64,000 nucleotides of DNA. It comes from Nitrososphaerota archaeon (GTDB lineage Archaea > Thermoproteota > Nitrososphaeria > Nitrososphaerales > Nitrosopumilaceae). Shown here in pieces: positions 48,241 through 58,530 of this stretch. The notes beneath the pieces are model-generated. The model was not told the DNA's origin. It worked only from the letters and a program-made list of their open reading frames with translations, and did no database searches. Within the stretch, counting starts at the first letter, position 1. Every line of letters begins with the position of its first letter. The stretch lies in NCBI GenBank assembly GCA_016201435.1, contig JACQCT010000037.1:14908-78907 (forward strand), given 5' to 3'. The position numbers and the translations under genes were made by a program.

Positions 48241-49860
48241 CTATTTTACGGTAAAAGCGGTCTGGTCAAAATCGATGCCTTGATAGTTACCGCTTATAGC
48301 GTATGTGCCTGCAGGATAAGAATTATCTAGAATTATTGACGTTCCAAAATAGCCAGTACTATCCAAGTTGGCGTTTATTTGTTCTATAATTCCATCTGGT
48401 TTTGTTATTGTCAGAACCACATATCCTCCGTTTGGAGTAGTTATTTTTCCTGATATAGTTTCCATTTTAGGCACACCCACAGTTAGCCTTGCATTTGATG
48501 ACTTTACTACTGCATTGTATGATTTGTCATTGTATTTTACAGTGAATGATTTTCCTCGCTCTGCATTATCCAGCATTTTTATTTCTGCTATGCCTGCCGC
48601 ATCATAATCTCCAAATATTCCTACGTTTGGTTGAAGTTCCAACACCGTAATTGGAATGGAGAATCCATCTATTGATGATGTTCTGAAAAGTCCATTGTTG
48701 TCTTTTGTTAACTTTTGCATTCCGTTGATTTGTAGTGTAGCAACCACGACACCTTGTGGTGCAGGGTTTTGTGTCAATCTGCCACTATGATCAAACATCA
48801 TTTGGGTTAAATTCCCGATCAGGTTTTGCATGGCTACTGTTCCATCTGCATCAGGATTTCCACTTCTGTCAAATGCTTGATAAAACAAGGTATTGTTGTT
48901 CATAGATGTACCCCATGTCCAAGAATCTTCTTCTGTTGGGTCGATGTTAAGTTGAGGGTCAATCAAGTCAGCGTTTACATTTCCTCCTCGAGGCCAAAAT
49001 GTATTATCGCTTACTATTCCAATCATATCTGATGGAATTCTATCAAAAATTAGGGTTACAGCCTGAACACCTGAACCTCTATTGTATTGAACTGTCACAG
49101 TACTAGAAGTTCCAAAGTCATAGAGTTGAATTATTGGCCAAGCGTCAGAAAATGCTTGATTATAAGATACGGGAGCTATTTGACCTACCCGTCTACCAGG
49201 GGAATTCGAGTTGAGCGTTTTATTTTCTCTTACTACATGATTTAGCAAGTTTGATTTTATGCCAATGATACTTGGGACTGCATGATTTACAAGTCCAGTA
49301 CATGTTGCTGAAACTACAGAAGATGGGTTTTGAGAGCCATCTATTGATCCTGGTGCACTTCTTGCAATTGCAATTCCATTTGTTTCAGAGAAATCAACTC
49401 CTGTGGCAATCATTGCGCTGGTAGCAGAACAGAATTTACCAAAATCAAGACCTTTTCCAGAAGCGCTTATTTGAGTCGAGTCAGCAATTTGAGCTTGGCT
49501 ACTATCTGCAAAATATGCATACCAATTCCCATCTGACGCTTGCGCCATCTGTAATCTTTTTCCATTAATCGTCACATCAGGTTCTCCATACGCTTGATCT
49601 AATCTACTAATGTCAGGATCAATTATAATAACCGCAATTACTTGTGGTCCGCCAAAATAGTTCTTGAAAAATGGATTTTCTGCAGAGACATACAGATTCA
49701 GATTAGATGAAATATGTTTTGTAGGTTCATACAATGGCAGTAGTGGCTCCATTGCATTAGCTGGTATCATACTAACAATTCCCGTGCTAACTATACCGTA
49801 AAGCAGTACCAATAATAATATCCGATAGTCTTTGAAGAGTAAATTATGCAATACTGCCAC
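48241..49860 (-). CDS. Short S-layer-protein homolog (Nitrosopumilus SLP N-terminal domains plus an Ig-like end)
   Basis: NLYVSAEN..F.NYF.GPQVI...GEPDVTINGK.L.M.QA.DGNWYAYFAD...GLDFG.FC and DPQLNIDPT.EDSWT match recalled AOA S-layer proteins. Confidence 0.75.
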   Translation of the reverse strand: MAVLHNLLFKDYRILLLVLLYGIVSTGIVSMIPANAMEPLLPLYEPTKHISSNLNLYVSAENPFFKNYFGGPQVIAVIIIDPDISRLDQAYGEPDVTINGKRLQMAQASDGNWYAYFADSSQAQIADSTQISASGKGLDFGKFCSATSAMIATGVDFSETNGIAIARSAPGSIDGSQNPSSVVSATCTGLVNHAVPSIIGIKSNLLNHVVRENKTLNSNSPGRRVGQIAPVSYNQAFSDAWPIIQLYDFGTSSTVTVQYNRGSGVQAVTLIFDRIPSDMIGIVSDNTFWPRGGNVNADLIDPQLNIDPTEEDSWTWGTSMNNNTLFYQAFDRSGNPDADGTVAMQNLIGNLTQMMFDHSGRLTQNPAPQGVVVATLQINGMQKLTKDNNGLFRTSSIDGFSIPITVLELQPNVGIFGDYDAAGIAEIKMLDNAERGKSFTVKYNDKSYNAVVKSSNARLTVGVPKMETISGKITTPNGGYVVLTITKPDGIIEQINANLDSTGYFGTSIILDNSYPAGTYAISGNYQGIDFDQTAFTVK

Positions 49861-49891
49861 ATTTTGTAGAAGGCAATAAAATCTTTGTATG

Positions 49892-50212
49892 CTAAGTAGT
49901 TATTGAATCAAGAAATCTTCTAATCTGTGTTCTATCTGAAAATTCGTTTAAATTTTTAGTAATGGATTGTATTATAACTGAGTACGAATTACCAAATAAT
50001 TCTTTTAGTACATCTTGTAAATAACTCGGATTCTCACAACAATCAGAGAGGTAAGCGTGATACCTTTCTTCTAATCTCTTGACAACATGATCATAGACTG
50101 GTGTTCCATGTTCTAATAGTGCTTGTTCTATAGCCAGCATGACCAGTGCTTTTCTTACCTCTCTCATGTCCACAGCCAATTTATTTTCCAACCCTACAAA
50201 TCTTGCCATCAA
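49892..50212 (-). CDS. NitrOD5-like thaumarchaeal domain protein
   Basis: KALVMLAIEQALLE.G...YLSDCCENPSYL..VLKELFGNSY. Confidence 0.72.
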   Translation of the reverse strand: MMARFVGLENKLAVDMREVRKALVMLAIEQALLEHGTPVYDHVVKRLEERYHAYLSDCCENPSYLQDVLKELFGNSYSVIIQSITKNLNEFSDRTQIRRFLDSITT

Positions 50213-50473
50213 ATCTCAATTTGTCCATATGCTAATAAGCATTATCCTGTATTAGATAATAATAACTATTTTTATCCTATTTCAGATAATTTATTCCCCT
50301 TTGAAAGTAAAAACCACGAATGAAAAAGAGGTTTTTCTACACATTTTAGACACTATACATACACACTAGAATCAATTGATGAAAAATCCTTTATTGGATA
50401 AACATAGTAATAATTTACCAAAATTGATATATGTCCGATCACATGTCATACAACAGAATATGAGGTACATAAA

Positions 50474-51436
50474 GTGAAAAACAACACAATGAAGCCAAAT
50501 TCCTTGATAACTGAGGGCATACCTCTTCATTCAAAAGATGACTCAAAACTATTAAGTCAATTAACAGAGATTTTATCCATTCTTTCAAAAAATGATGCGT
50601 TAACGATTTTTCTTATGGCTAATGATGGAATAAAATCAGAGATGGATACTCCTGCAAAGATTGGTCTTACAAAAAAACAGTACTATACAAGACTAAAACA
50701 ATTAGTGGATATGGAATTGTTGGTCAAGCATAATGAAATGTATTTGCACACTGCATTTGGAAAAGTAGTTTATCAAAAACACATTCTAGGTCTGACAAAT
50801 AATATAAAGAATTCAAAATACTTGGAAATGGTAGACACACTGAAAGATAATCCAAAATTCACTGATGATGACATAATGAGCTTTATTTCGAAAGTCGATC
50901 CACAAGCTAGCTTTGACTTGGAGGATCCATCGAGAAAAACTTCTGTAATCACGTCCTCTTTTGATGATATGGTTAACAAAGTTTTAGAGGTAATGGAATT
51001 TGCAGAAAAAGAAATCATTTTGATTTCTAGATTTACTAATGAATTAATTATTAACACGATGATAAAAAAGGCAAATCTTGGAATCAATGTTAAGGTACTG
51101 GCAGACGTAAATCTGGTACAGGGCTTCTTTGAAAAAGAGGGTAGCGGAACAAAGATTGATGATAAAAATAAAAACGAACGAATCACTGTTGTAGCTAATC
51201 CATATTATCCCACTCAAATATCTCGCAGATATATTCAAGTTCCATTTTGTGTTCTAATTGTCGATAATAAACATGTGGGTTTAGAAATCATTGACAGTTA
51301 CAATCCGAGCAAATTCAAAACGTCGATTTTTGTAACTGATCACAGACTTGCTGTACACCTTGAAAGCTTCTTTAACACTTTGTGGGTAAAAGCTAGCACT
51401 AATCCTCCACAAATAGCCACAAATACTTCCTACTGA
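50474..51436 (+). CDS. TrmB-like regulator (N-terminal wHTH plus C-terminal effector/PLD-like domain)
   Basis: GLTKKQYYTRLKQL...Y.HT.FG; AEKEIILIS...GINVKVL...LIVDNK...FNTLW.KA. Confidence 0.78.
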   Translation: MKNNTMKPNSLITEGIPLHSKDDSKLLSQLTEILSILSKNDALTIFLMANDGIKSEMDTPAKIGLTKKQYYTRLKQLVDMELLVKHNEMYLHTAFGKVVYQKHILGLTNNIKNSKYLEMVDTLKDNPKFTDDDIMSFISKVDPQASFDLEDPSRKTSVITSSFDDMVNKVLEVMEFAEKEIILISRFTNELIINTMIKKANLGINVKVLADVNLVQGFFEKEGSGTKIDDKNKNERITVVANPYYPTQISRRYIQVPFCVLIVDNKHVGLEIIDSYNPSKFKTSIFVTDHRLAVHLESFFNTLWVKASTNPPQIATNTSY

Positions 51437-52417
51437 CTACAAAATCACTTGACTGGTAATTAATCCTAAAAATACCATAATCTGAATTGCAAAAAGACTA
51501 TATCGTAAAGTTGTTCTAGTTTGTTTGATTATTTTCTTATCTTCATAGTACTTTGATACTCTTCTTATCATGAAATAGGTAATTGCACATACAGTGGTAC
51601 TCAAGATCAAACCTAGCATATTTATCTCATGCAAATAATACAAGAGAATGATTAATGACACTATAGCTGTTATCACTAAGTGCATGAGGAGAAATGTATT
51701 TCGTATACCTATAACAATTGGAAATGTACGTCTGCCATTCTGCTTATCTCCGCGTATATCACTGACATCTCCCAAGGGGCCTAACGTAAACCAGAACATA
51801 AAAGCAATAAATGAAGAAATTATTCCAAGATATGAAGAACTATCTGATGCAAAATAACCCATAAGTGAAGCAATTGATCCCCCTGCAGCTGTGACCAATG
51901 TTTTCAAAACAAATTTGTCTTTAAAATGAGTTCTAGGATGAGAGTATGTAATTGCTAATAGCAGAAATACTAGAGAAGCAGCTCCAGTTTGAAGATTTAT
52001 TGAGAATGCCAGTGAAATCGAAATTAAAAAAAATGCAACAGTAGAATAAAGTGTTGCTTTGTATTTTGACGGTTCAGAACTAAATGCTGTCTTTCTCTTA
52101 TTGATTTTATCTACATTATAGTCTGTAAGATCATTGTAGAGATATGTAGCCAATGCAAGAAGATAAACTGCACAAATTAACTTTGAAGCCACCAGAACAT
52201 TTGGAATGATGGGACCTGTCGAAATAAGAAATGTGCCAAGTGACACAATTGCAAATACGTACACTAGTGTCCTGGATCTTACAAGAGTGCCAATTGATAG
52301 TAACATTTGACCAAATCTATGTAGAGAATAATTCGTATCCATTTTGTAGTTAGAAATTCTCCCTCCTTCACATTTTGAGTCTCTATTTAAGGTAAAGTAT
52401 GTATCATGATTCTCCAT
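51437..52417 (-). CDS. UbiA-family prenyltransferase
   Basis: YLYNDLTDYNVDKINK and GDVSDIRGDKQNGRRTFP Asp-rich motifs; multi-TM. Confidence 0.92.
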   Translation of the reverse strand: MENHDTYFTLNRDSKCEGGRISNYKMDTNYSLHRFGQMLLSIGTLVRSRTLVYVFAIVSLGTFLISTGPIIPNVLVASKLICAVYLLALATYLYNDLTDYNVDKINKRKTAFSSEPSKYKATLYSTVAFFLISISLAFSINLQTGAASLVFLLLAITYSHPRTHFKDKFVLKTLVTAAGGSIASLMGYFASDSSSYLGIISSFIAFMFWFTLGPLGDVSDIRGDKQNGRRTFPIVIGIRNTFLLMHLVITAIVSLIILLYYLHEINMLGLILSTTVCAITYFMIRRVSKYYEDKKIIKQTRTTLRYSLFAIQIMVFLGLITSQVIL

Positions 52418-52697
52418 ATTAGGACAATTATACTAGTACATTATAACTTTTTAGATAATTATGTTAAAAAAATAAGAATATTATTACGATTTTATCAAGA
52501 ATTATGAAAATTTGTAAATATATAAAAAATGTGATATAATACAATATGATTAACATGAACCAATCGTAAATGCGGTAAATGATCAAAAATCTGACTAATT
52601 ACAAATACAGAGTAGGCAAAAATGTTAGAACTGGTTTAACCATAATTGATAATAATCATCTAAATCTAGTCTGTTTGAACATCTCTGTTCATAACAT

Positions 52698-53513
52698 GTG
52701 ATTAGTTTGAAAAATAATTATGTTCTTGGCAACACATCAGAAGAAATTCAACGTCTTAAAATACAATCTTCTTTGTTTGAGCCAATAGCCAAGGAGTCCT
52801 TGTTGAAGGCAGGCATTAGAAATGGAATGGTGTGTGCCGATATTGGTTGCGGTTCTGGTGATGTTACAAGAATGATTGGAAAAATTGTAGGAAAAAAAGG
52901 GCAAGTATTAGGCGTTGACATAAATAATGATTACATCAAATATTGCAAAGATCATACAAAACAAAGCAATATTTCTTTTGTCTGTGATGACATTACCAAA
53001 TCTGATGACATAAAAAATGAAACTTTTGATATGGTGTATTCTAGATTCATGTTTGTACATCTAACCGATAAAGTGAAGGCCTTAAAATCCATGATACGAA
53101 TAACAAAAAAAGGAGGCACAATAATAATTCAAGAACTTGATCATGCCCCTGATTCTTGGTTGTCTTATCCAAAACGACAAAGTGTTGATAAGTTAAGAAA
53201 AATGTATGTAAAACTTGTAAAAAAAGCTAGAGGAGATCCTCTTGCAGGAAGAAAACTATACAAAATGTTTGTTGATCAGCACCTACACACGACTGTGGAA
53301 TGTTATTCACCTTGTCTTGTAATGGGAAGAGAACCTTACAATACCTTAGGATGGAGGATTGCTCAAAGCTTAAAACCACAAATTCAAAGTCTTGACTTGA
53401 TGAGAGACAAAGAATACAACGAATTATTCAAAGAACTTAAAGAAATGTCAATGGACCCGCATAGTTTTGTATTATATTCTAGACTTTTCAGTGTCATAGG
53501 AAGAAGAAAATGA
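52698..53513 (+). CDS. Class I SAM-dependent methyltransferase
   Basis: YVLG...E.QRL..Q, DIGCGSG, GVDIN, FDMVYSRF. Confidence 0.9.
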   Translation: MISLKNNYVLGNTSEEIQRLKIQSSLFEPIAKESLLKAGIRNGMVCADIGCGSGDVTRMIGKIVGKKGQVLGVDINNDYIKYCKDHTKQSNISFVCDDITKSDDIKNETFDMVYSRFMFVHLTDKVKALKSMIRITKKGGTIIIQELDHAPDSWLSYPKRQSVDKLRKMYVKLVKKARGDPLAGRKLYKMFVDQHLHTTVECYSPCLVMGREPYNTLGWRIAQSLKPQIQSLDLMRDKEYNELFKELKEMSMDPHSFVLYSRLFSVIGRRK

Positions 53514-53616
53514 GTCTGTCTTTTTTGAATATATTTTCCTCTAATCACATATCCTTTGCTGCATTGAGGCAATCACGAGTACGTATAACATACAAATTGT
53601 ATTGCCAGTGTGAATT

Positions 53617-54477
53617 ATGATGGTTCTTGAAGAAACATCCAACGGGAAAATAAATATAATAAAGTATCCGTCTTTGCATCCATCTGACAAGGCAGTGCTA
53701 TGCATTCATGGATTTTGTAGTGATGCAAGAATCTTCAATTACTTCGGAAACCAACTCTCAAAAAATGGATTTAATGTATATAGCATAGATTTGCCAGGTC
53801 ATGGTAATTCATATGGAGAAAGGGGAGACGCTGATTTTGAAAAGTGTCTTGAATCCATAAACGAAATTGTTAGAACATTAAAGAGTACAAAAGTATTCAT
53901 CATTGCTCACAGTCTGGGTTGCACCTATGCACTGTGGTATGCTCATAATTTTAAAAACGCTATTGATGGATTAATTCTGCTATCACCGTATGTACGAATT
54001 CCAACTATAAAGAAAAGAAGTGAGATCGAACCTAGTAACATTCATTTTTTGTATCTTTTTTTACGTAGATTGATAACACCTAGAACTAAGATAATGGCTG
54101 CTCAAAGGTTACCTAACTTTCTAAAAGTTGGTGGTCAAGAGATTCAGCAGATGATGAATGACAAGGATCTTAACTTTCTCTATTCATACCGATATATTGT
54201 AGATGTACTTGCATTACGAAACACAAAGATACAGGCATTATCCGATATAGACATACCATTGCTTATCCTCCACGGAAAAAAAGACAGAAATGTTTTTCCA
54301 GAAATCGGAAAGGAGTTTTGCAATTTAGCAAATAGCAAAGATAAGAAAATTGAAATCCTAGATTGTGATCATTGGTTTTATCATGCCATATTTTACAATC
54401 AAACAGATACCAAATATTCAGATAAATCACGAATGAATGTAATAAACTCTATAAAAGACTGGTTAGTAATGCATTAA
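53617..54477 (+). CDS. Alpha/beta hydrolase (lysophospholipase/monoacylglycerol lipase-like)
   Basis: IHG, DLPGHG.S.G.RG, AHSLG nucleophile elbow, HGKKD, DH. Confidence 0.9.
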   Translation: MMVLEETSNGKINIIKYPSLHPSDKAVLCIHGFCSDARIFNYFGNQLSKNGFNVYSIDLPGHGNSYGERGDADFEKCLESINEIVRTLKSTKVFIIAHSLGCTYALWYAHNFKNAIDGLILLSPYVRIPTIKKRSEIEPSNIHFLYLFLRRLITPRTKIMAAQRLPNFLKVGGQEIQQMMNDKDLNFLYSYRYIVDVLALRNTKIQALSDIDIPLLILHGKKDRNVFPEIGKEFCNLANSKDKKIEILDCDHWFYHAIFYNQTDTKYSDKSRMNVINSIKDWLVMH

Positions 54478-54498
54478 AGGACTATTGATTTTATACAT

Positions 54499-54723
54499 AT
54501 GATCATCCAATCACGCAATTCAACAACAGATGAAATGTGGCAATACATAGAAAAGATGTTGTTGCCCTATGATTTGGTACCTACAAAAAATGAATTAACT
54601 CACATCCAGATTTCTGACTTGTACTCCAACTTGATGACAGTTGATGAGCTGTTCAGAATCCTCACACATATTGTCATTTTAAAAAAAGAAGTCGATAGGC
54701 TCAAGCAAGAACAGAAAACGTAA
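54499..54723 (+). CDS. Small hypothetical protein
   Basis: 74-aa ATG ORF 21 nt after the hydrolase. Confidence 0.6.
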   Translation: MIIQSRNSTTDEMWQYIEKMLLPYDLVPTKNELTHIQISDLYSNLMTVDELFRILTHIVILKKEVDRLKQEQKT

Positions 54724-54946
54724 GGGATTCCGACAATTATTGAAAGTTGTAGAATTTTTGTAACTGATTTACATTGCTATTAGATGTTGAGGATAAATTA
54801 CCCATATTGCTTCCTAGTTACCTCTGACTTTATCGCACTTTCAAACAGTAATAAACTTCGCTTCATTTTGTTCTAGCATCAACCCTTCTGTTATTTAACA
54901 CACATTTTCCGTAGGTATAATAATAATTGAAAATCTAACTTTTACT

Positions 54947-55891
54947 ATGAATGTTATTAGGATACCAAAAGTAATAAAATTTGGAAAAAATGCTCTTTCT
55001 GAAGCAGATTATCCAAAAAATGCACTTGTTGTAACCACTGCACCCCCAGAGGTATCATCAAAGTGGCTAGCAAGAATGAAGATAACCGATCATTTCCTAT
55101 TTGATAAAGTTGAACCTGAGCCATCAATTGAGACAGTTCAAAAAGTTATTTCAGAATATAAAACAAAAAACCTTTCTGCAATAATTGGATTAGGTGGAGG
55201 AAGTTCACAAGATGTTGCAAAATATGCTGCATCTGAATTAAAAATTCCAAAAATTCTCATACCAACAACATTTGGAACCGGAAGTGAGATGACTACTTAT
55301 TGTGTTTTAAAATTTGATGGTAAAAAGAAACTTTTACAGGATGAAAAATTCCTTGCAGACATGGCAGTAGTTGATTCATACTTTTTAGAAGGAACACCTG
55401 AAGCAATTGTAAAAAATTCTGTTTGTGATGCGTGTGCTCAAGCAACAGAAGGATATGATAGCAAGAAAGGTAACGAGTTTACCAAAACCATGTGTAAGGC
55501 AGCATTTGATGTGTTATATGATGCCATAATGAACAACAAGCCAGAAAACTATCCTTATGGTTCAATGTTATCAGGAATTGGTTTTGGAAATGCTTCAACT
55601 ACTTTGGGTCACGCCCTTTCCTACGTGTATTCAAACGAAGGAGTTCCACACGGATACTCACTTTCATCTTGTACAACAGTTGCACACAGATTCAACAAAT
55701 CTATTTTCTATGAACAATTCAAAGAAGTCATAGAGAAATTAAAGTTTGACCGTCTTACTTTGAAAGCACCACTGGACCAAGCTGCAGATGTTGTTATGAC
55801 AGACCGTGGCCATCTTGATCCAAATCCAATCCCTGTCACAAAAGAAGATGTAATGCAATTGCTAAAGGATATTACAAACGGCAATCTGTAA
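54947..55891 (+). CDS. Fe-containing alcohol dehydrogenase family; probable malonic semialdehyde reductase of the 3HP/4HB cycle
   Basis: GLGGGS.QD, IPTTFGTGSE, GHALS, HG; closely resembles recalled N. maritimus Nmar_1110. Confidence 0.85.
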   Translation: MNVIRIPKVIKFGKNALSEADYPKNALVVTTAPPEVSSKWLARMKITDHFLFDKVEPEPSIETVQKVISEYKTKNLSAIIGLGGGSSQDVAKYAASELKIPKILIPTTFGTGSEMTTYCVLKFDGKKKLLQDEKFLADMAVVDSYFLEGTPEAIVKNSVCDACAQATEGYDSKKGNEFTKTMCKAAFDVLYDAIMNNKPENYPYGSMLSGIGFGNASTTLGHALSYVYSNEGVPHGYSLSSCTTVAHRFNKSIFYEQFKEVIEKLKFDRLTLKAPLDQAADVVMTDRGHLDPNPIPVTKEDVMQLLKDITNGNL

Positions 55892-55998
55892 AAAATTACA
55901 GTTTATCAGTTTTTCTTTAATAAAAAATTCTAATTTTCATGAATTTTACTAAACTTAAATACCACATTTAGTTCACATTCTTGTTATAGGACTAGAAA

Positions 55999-57084
55999 AT
56001 GGTTAAGTTTGGAATTCAATTTGGCTTAAATGTTGCACGACTCGGATTAACCGAGGATCAGATTCTTACTTCTTGTGTTTTAGCGGACAGAACGGGATAT
56101 GAGTCAATTTGGTACATGGACCATTCAAACGTCCCGCAGTGGAATCATGCTATCGTAAATGACCCATGGGTTATGCTTGCTTCTATTGCTTCTGTTACAA
56201 ACAAAGTAGAGCTTGGAACATGTGTCACTGATGCCGTAAGAAGACATCCATCAAACATAGCCCTTGCAACAATAACTTTGGACAGAGTTTCACATGGAAG
56301 GGGAACACTAGGTATTGGTGCAGGCGAAGCTCAAAACATCAAGGAATTTAAAATTCAATGGGACAAACCAGTAGCAAGATTTGCAGAACAACTTCAAGTA
56401 ATAAAATTACTTTTTGGTTCATCGCCAGAACACAGAGTTAGTTTTAATGGAGAATTTTATCAACTTGAAGAAGCTTGCCTTCAAGCAAAAAGTATCAGAA
56501 AACCTCATCCACCAATTTACATGGCAGCTGGTGCTCCAAAGACACTTGCACTATGTGGCAAATATGGAGATGGTTGGATACCAATAGGATATACCCCTGA
56601 ATTATTTGAGGTACATGCAAAGGCAATAAAAGATTCAATGAAAGAAAACGGAAGAGATGGAAAAGACTTTCAGTATGGTGTTGATATAGACGTGTATTTT
56701 TCAGATGATGCAGAAGAAGCTTGGGTAAAAATGAAAAACGCCGTAAAAGTAAGTCTCTTCAAGCCAGAGATATTAAAAGTTCACAACATCCCTGACGTAC
56801 AAGGTTTTGATTTTAAGAAATACTTTACAGAATATTCAATGTCAAATCAAGAATGGATAGTAAAGATGCGTGAAGCTGCACAAACAATTCCTGACAAGGT
56901 GGCACGCTCATCAATAGGCATGGGCACACCTGATGACATCATTCCAGTGTTTGAGAAATTTATGAAAGCGGGAGTAAATCACTTTATTGTCAGATTTTGG
57001 GGTTCAGGATACTTTGGTTCCTTAGACAAATTTGCATCTACTGTAATGCCATACTTTAAGGAAATGGATAATCCTAGAAAATAA
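55999..57084 (+). CDS. LLM (luciferase-like), probably F420-dependent oxidoreductase
   Basis: GYESIW.MDH, DPW..LA, LGTCV...RHP, TLD.VS.GR..LGIGAG, DGW. Confidence 0.9.
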   Translation: MVKFGIQFGLNVARLGLTEDQILTSCVLADRTGYESIWYMDHSNVPQWNHAIVNDPWVMLASIASVTNKVELGTCVTDAVRRHPSNIALATITLDRVSHGRGTLGIGAGEAQNIKEFKIQWDKPVARFAEQLQVIKLLFGSSPEHRVSFNGEFYQLEEACLQAKSIRKPHPPIYMAAGAPKTLALCGKYGDGWIPIGYTPELFEVHAKAIKDSMKENGRDGKDFQYGVDIDVYFSDDAEEAWVKMKNAVKVSLFKPEILKVHNIPDVQGFDFKKYFTEYSMSNQEWIVKMREAAQTIPDKVARSSIGMGTPDDIIPVFEKFMKAGVNHFIVRFWGSGYFGSLDKFASTVMPYFKEMDNPRK

Positions 57085-57121
57085 TTCAAACAATATAAGT
57101 TACGATTTTCAATTGTAATCT

Positions 57122-58030
57122 GTGAAATATTATTATCTATTCATTTTTGTGTCATTTTTTTTCATACCAGCTTATGGAATGCAAAATACAATATCGGATC
57201 CCAATATCCAAGTCATCTTGAACTATCCTGACATTTTAACAACTCAGGACAACTTTGTTCTCTCATCTGTAGTAAAAACTACTGCAGACCAGGTATCAAA
57301 TATCACAGTTACCATATCATCTCCAGAGATAGACATGGTACAAAACCAGTTCCATATTGATAGTCTCCCAAAAGACTCTACACTTGGAAATAACTTTAAT
57401 GCACAAGTGAAAAATGGAACGCCTGATGGTAGCTTTCTTGCAAATGTTGAAGTACAGTATTTTATCAAAGGTTTTTTTGATCAAAAACCTGTAAAAAATT
57501 CCTTTACTAAAGCAATAGAGTTTAACACACAGTCAAAACCTTTGATACTACTAAATGCTCAGGCACCTGATGAAGCTTTTGCAGGTGAATCGTTTTCAAT
57601 TACAGGTGAAATAAAAAACCAGGGAAGCGAGGCACAGAACATACAGATCAGTGTTGATTCTTCCCAAGTGACATTAAGTGGGAAAAAAATTTATTCCCTA
57701 ACAAATCTTGAAGCTGGCAAATCATCTGATTTTGAATTTATAGTACAAACACAAAAAGACATTAGCATTCCAACCCATGCAAATATTCACCTAAATGGTA
57801 CATACACTGACAAATCAGGAAAAACATACTCGTTAGAGGATTCGCTAAATATGTTTGTGAGACAAAGAGGTATGATGGAGATAGGTGGCGCACAAGGATT
57901 ATGGGTTGGTAATTTTTTCATAGCACCAGTAGTTGGAGTTGGAACTATTGTCTCATCTGTAATTGGATTTTTGATTTTTCTATGGCACCGCACCAAACAT
58001 AAGAAAACACAAAAACGAACTAGAAAATAA
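57122..58030 (+). CDS. Secreted Ig-like (CARDB/COG1361-like) protein with a C-terminal TM anchor
   Basis: Signal peptide, IKNQGSEAQNI...LEAGKS, C-terminal TM plus basic tail. Confidence 0.75.
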   Translation: MKYYYLFIFVSFFFIPAYGMQNTISDPNIQVILNYPDILTTQDNFVLSSVVKTTADQVSNITVTISSPEIDMVQNQFHIDSLPKDSTLGNNFNAQVKNGTPDGSFLANVEVQYFIKGFFDQKPVKNSFTKAIEFNTQSKPLILLNAQAPDEAFAGESFSITGEIKNQGSEAQNIQISVDSSQVTLSGKKIYSLTNLEAGKSSDFEFIVQTQKDISIPTHANIHLNGTYTDKSGKTYSLEDSLNMFVRQRGMMEIGGAQGLWVGNFFIAPVVGVGTIVSSVIGFLIFLWHRTKHKKTQKRTRK

Positions 58031-58044
58031 TTAGAAAATTTTCT

Positions 58045-58461
58045 TCAGATATATCTAAAGATTGTTTTTCTTTCAGAATTTGGGGTATCTGAGACAAGAG
58101 CAAAGTTGTAAAGCGGATAGGATTTTTTGTAGTGTTTCATAAAGCTCCATGCCACATCGTGAGTTTTAAATTCTGTTCGTAGTCCATCTATTTTTGATTG
58201 ATTCCCAAACACATCATATGGTACAACAAAGTAGTACTGTGGTCGTTTGTGTGGCTTTGCTTTTAGCAACCATGCAATAGCAAAAACGAAAACTGACATC
58301 ATAATTATTGCAGCCCCAAACTCTTTGAAAAAATCCCAAACTACTGCAGGAATTGTAATGCCAAACAAAGTATAGATAAAATGTGAAAATGCGATCACGG
58401 CACTGCCTGCAATCAAAAATGCCCTAAAATCTGAAAAAAGGTCTTTTATCGACATGCCCAA
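58045..58461 (-). CDS. Membrane protein
   Basis: Two TM helices and a small soluble C-domain. Confidence 0.72.
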   Translation of the reverse strand: MGMSIKDLFSDFRAFLIAGSAVIAFSHFIYTLFGITIPAVVWDFFKEFGAAIIMMSVFVFAIAWLLKAKPHKRPQYYFVVPYDVFGNQSKIDGLRTEFKTHDVAWSFMKHYKKSYPLYNFALVSDTPNSERKTIFRYI

Positions 58462-58530
58462 TAATAGAATACACTCACATATTATCTTTAAAAACCATAT
58501 ACAAAAATATCAATCCTGATAATCAAATTT

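Noticed and set aside
52698..54477. BioC/BioH pair
   Set aside because: 46 kb from the bio genes, linked to UbiA, the hydrolase is lysophospholipase-like, and no ACP pathway is evident; remains a remote possibility.
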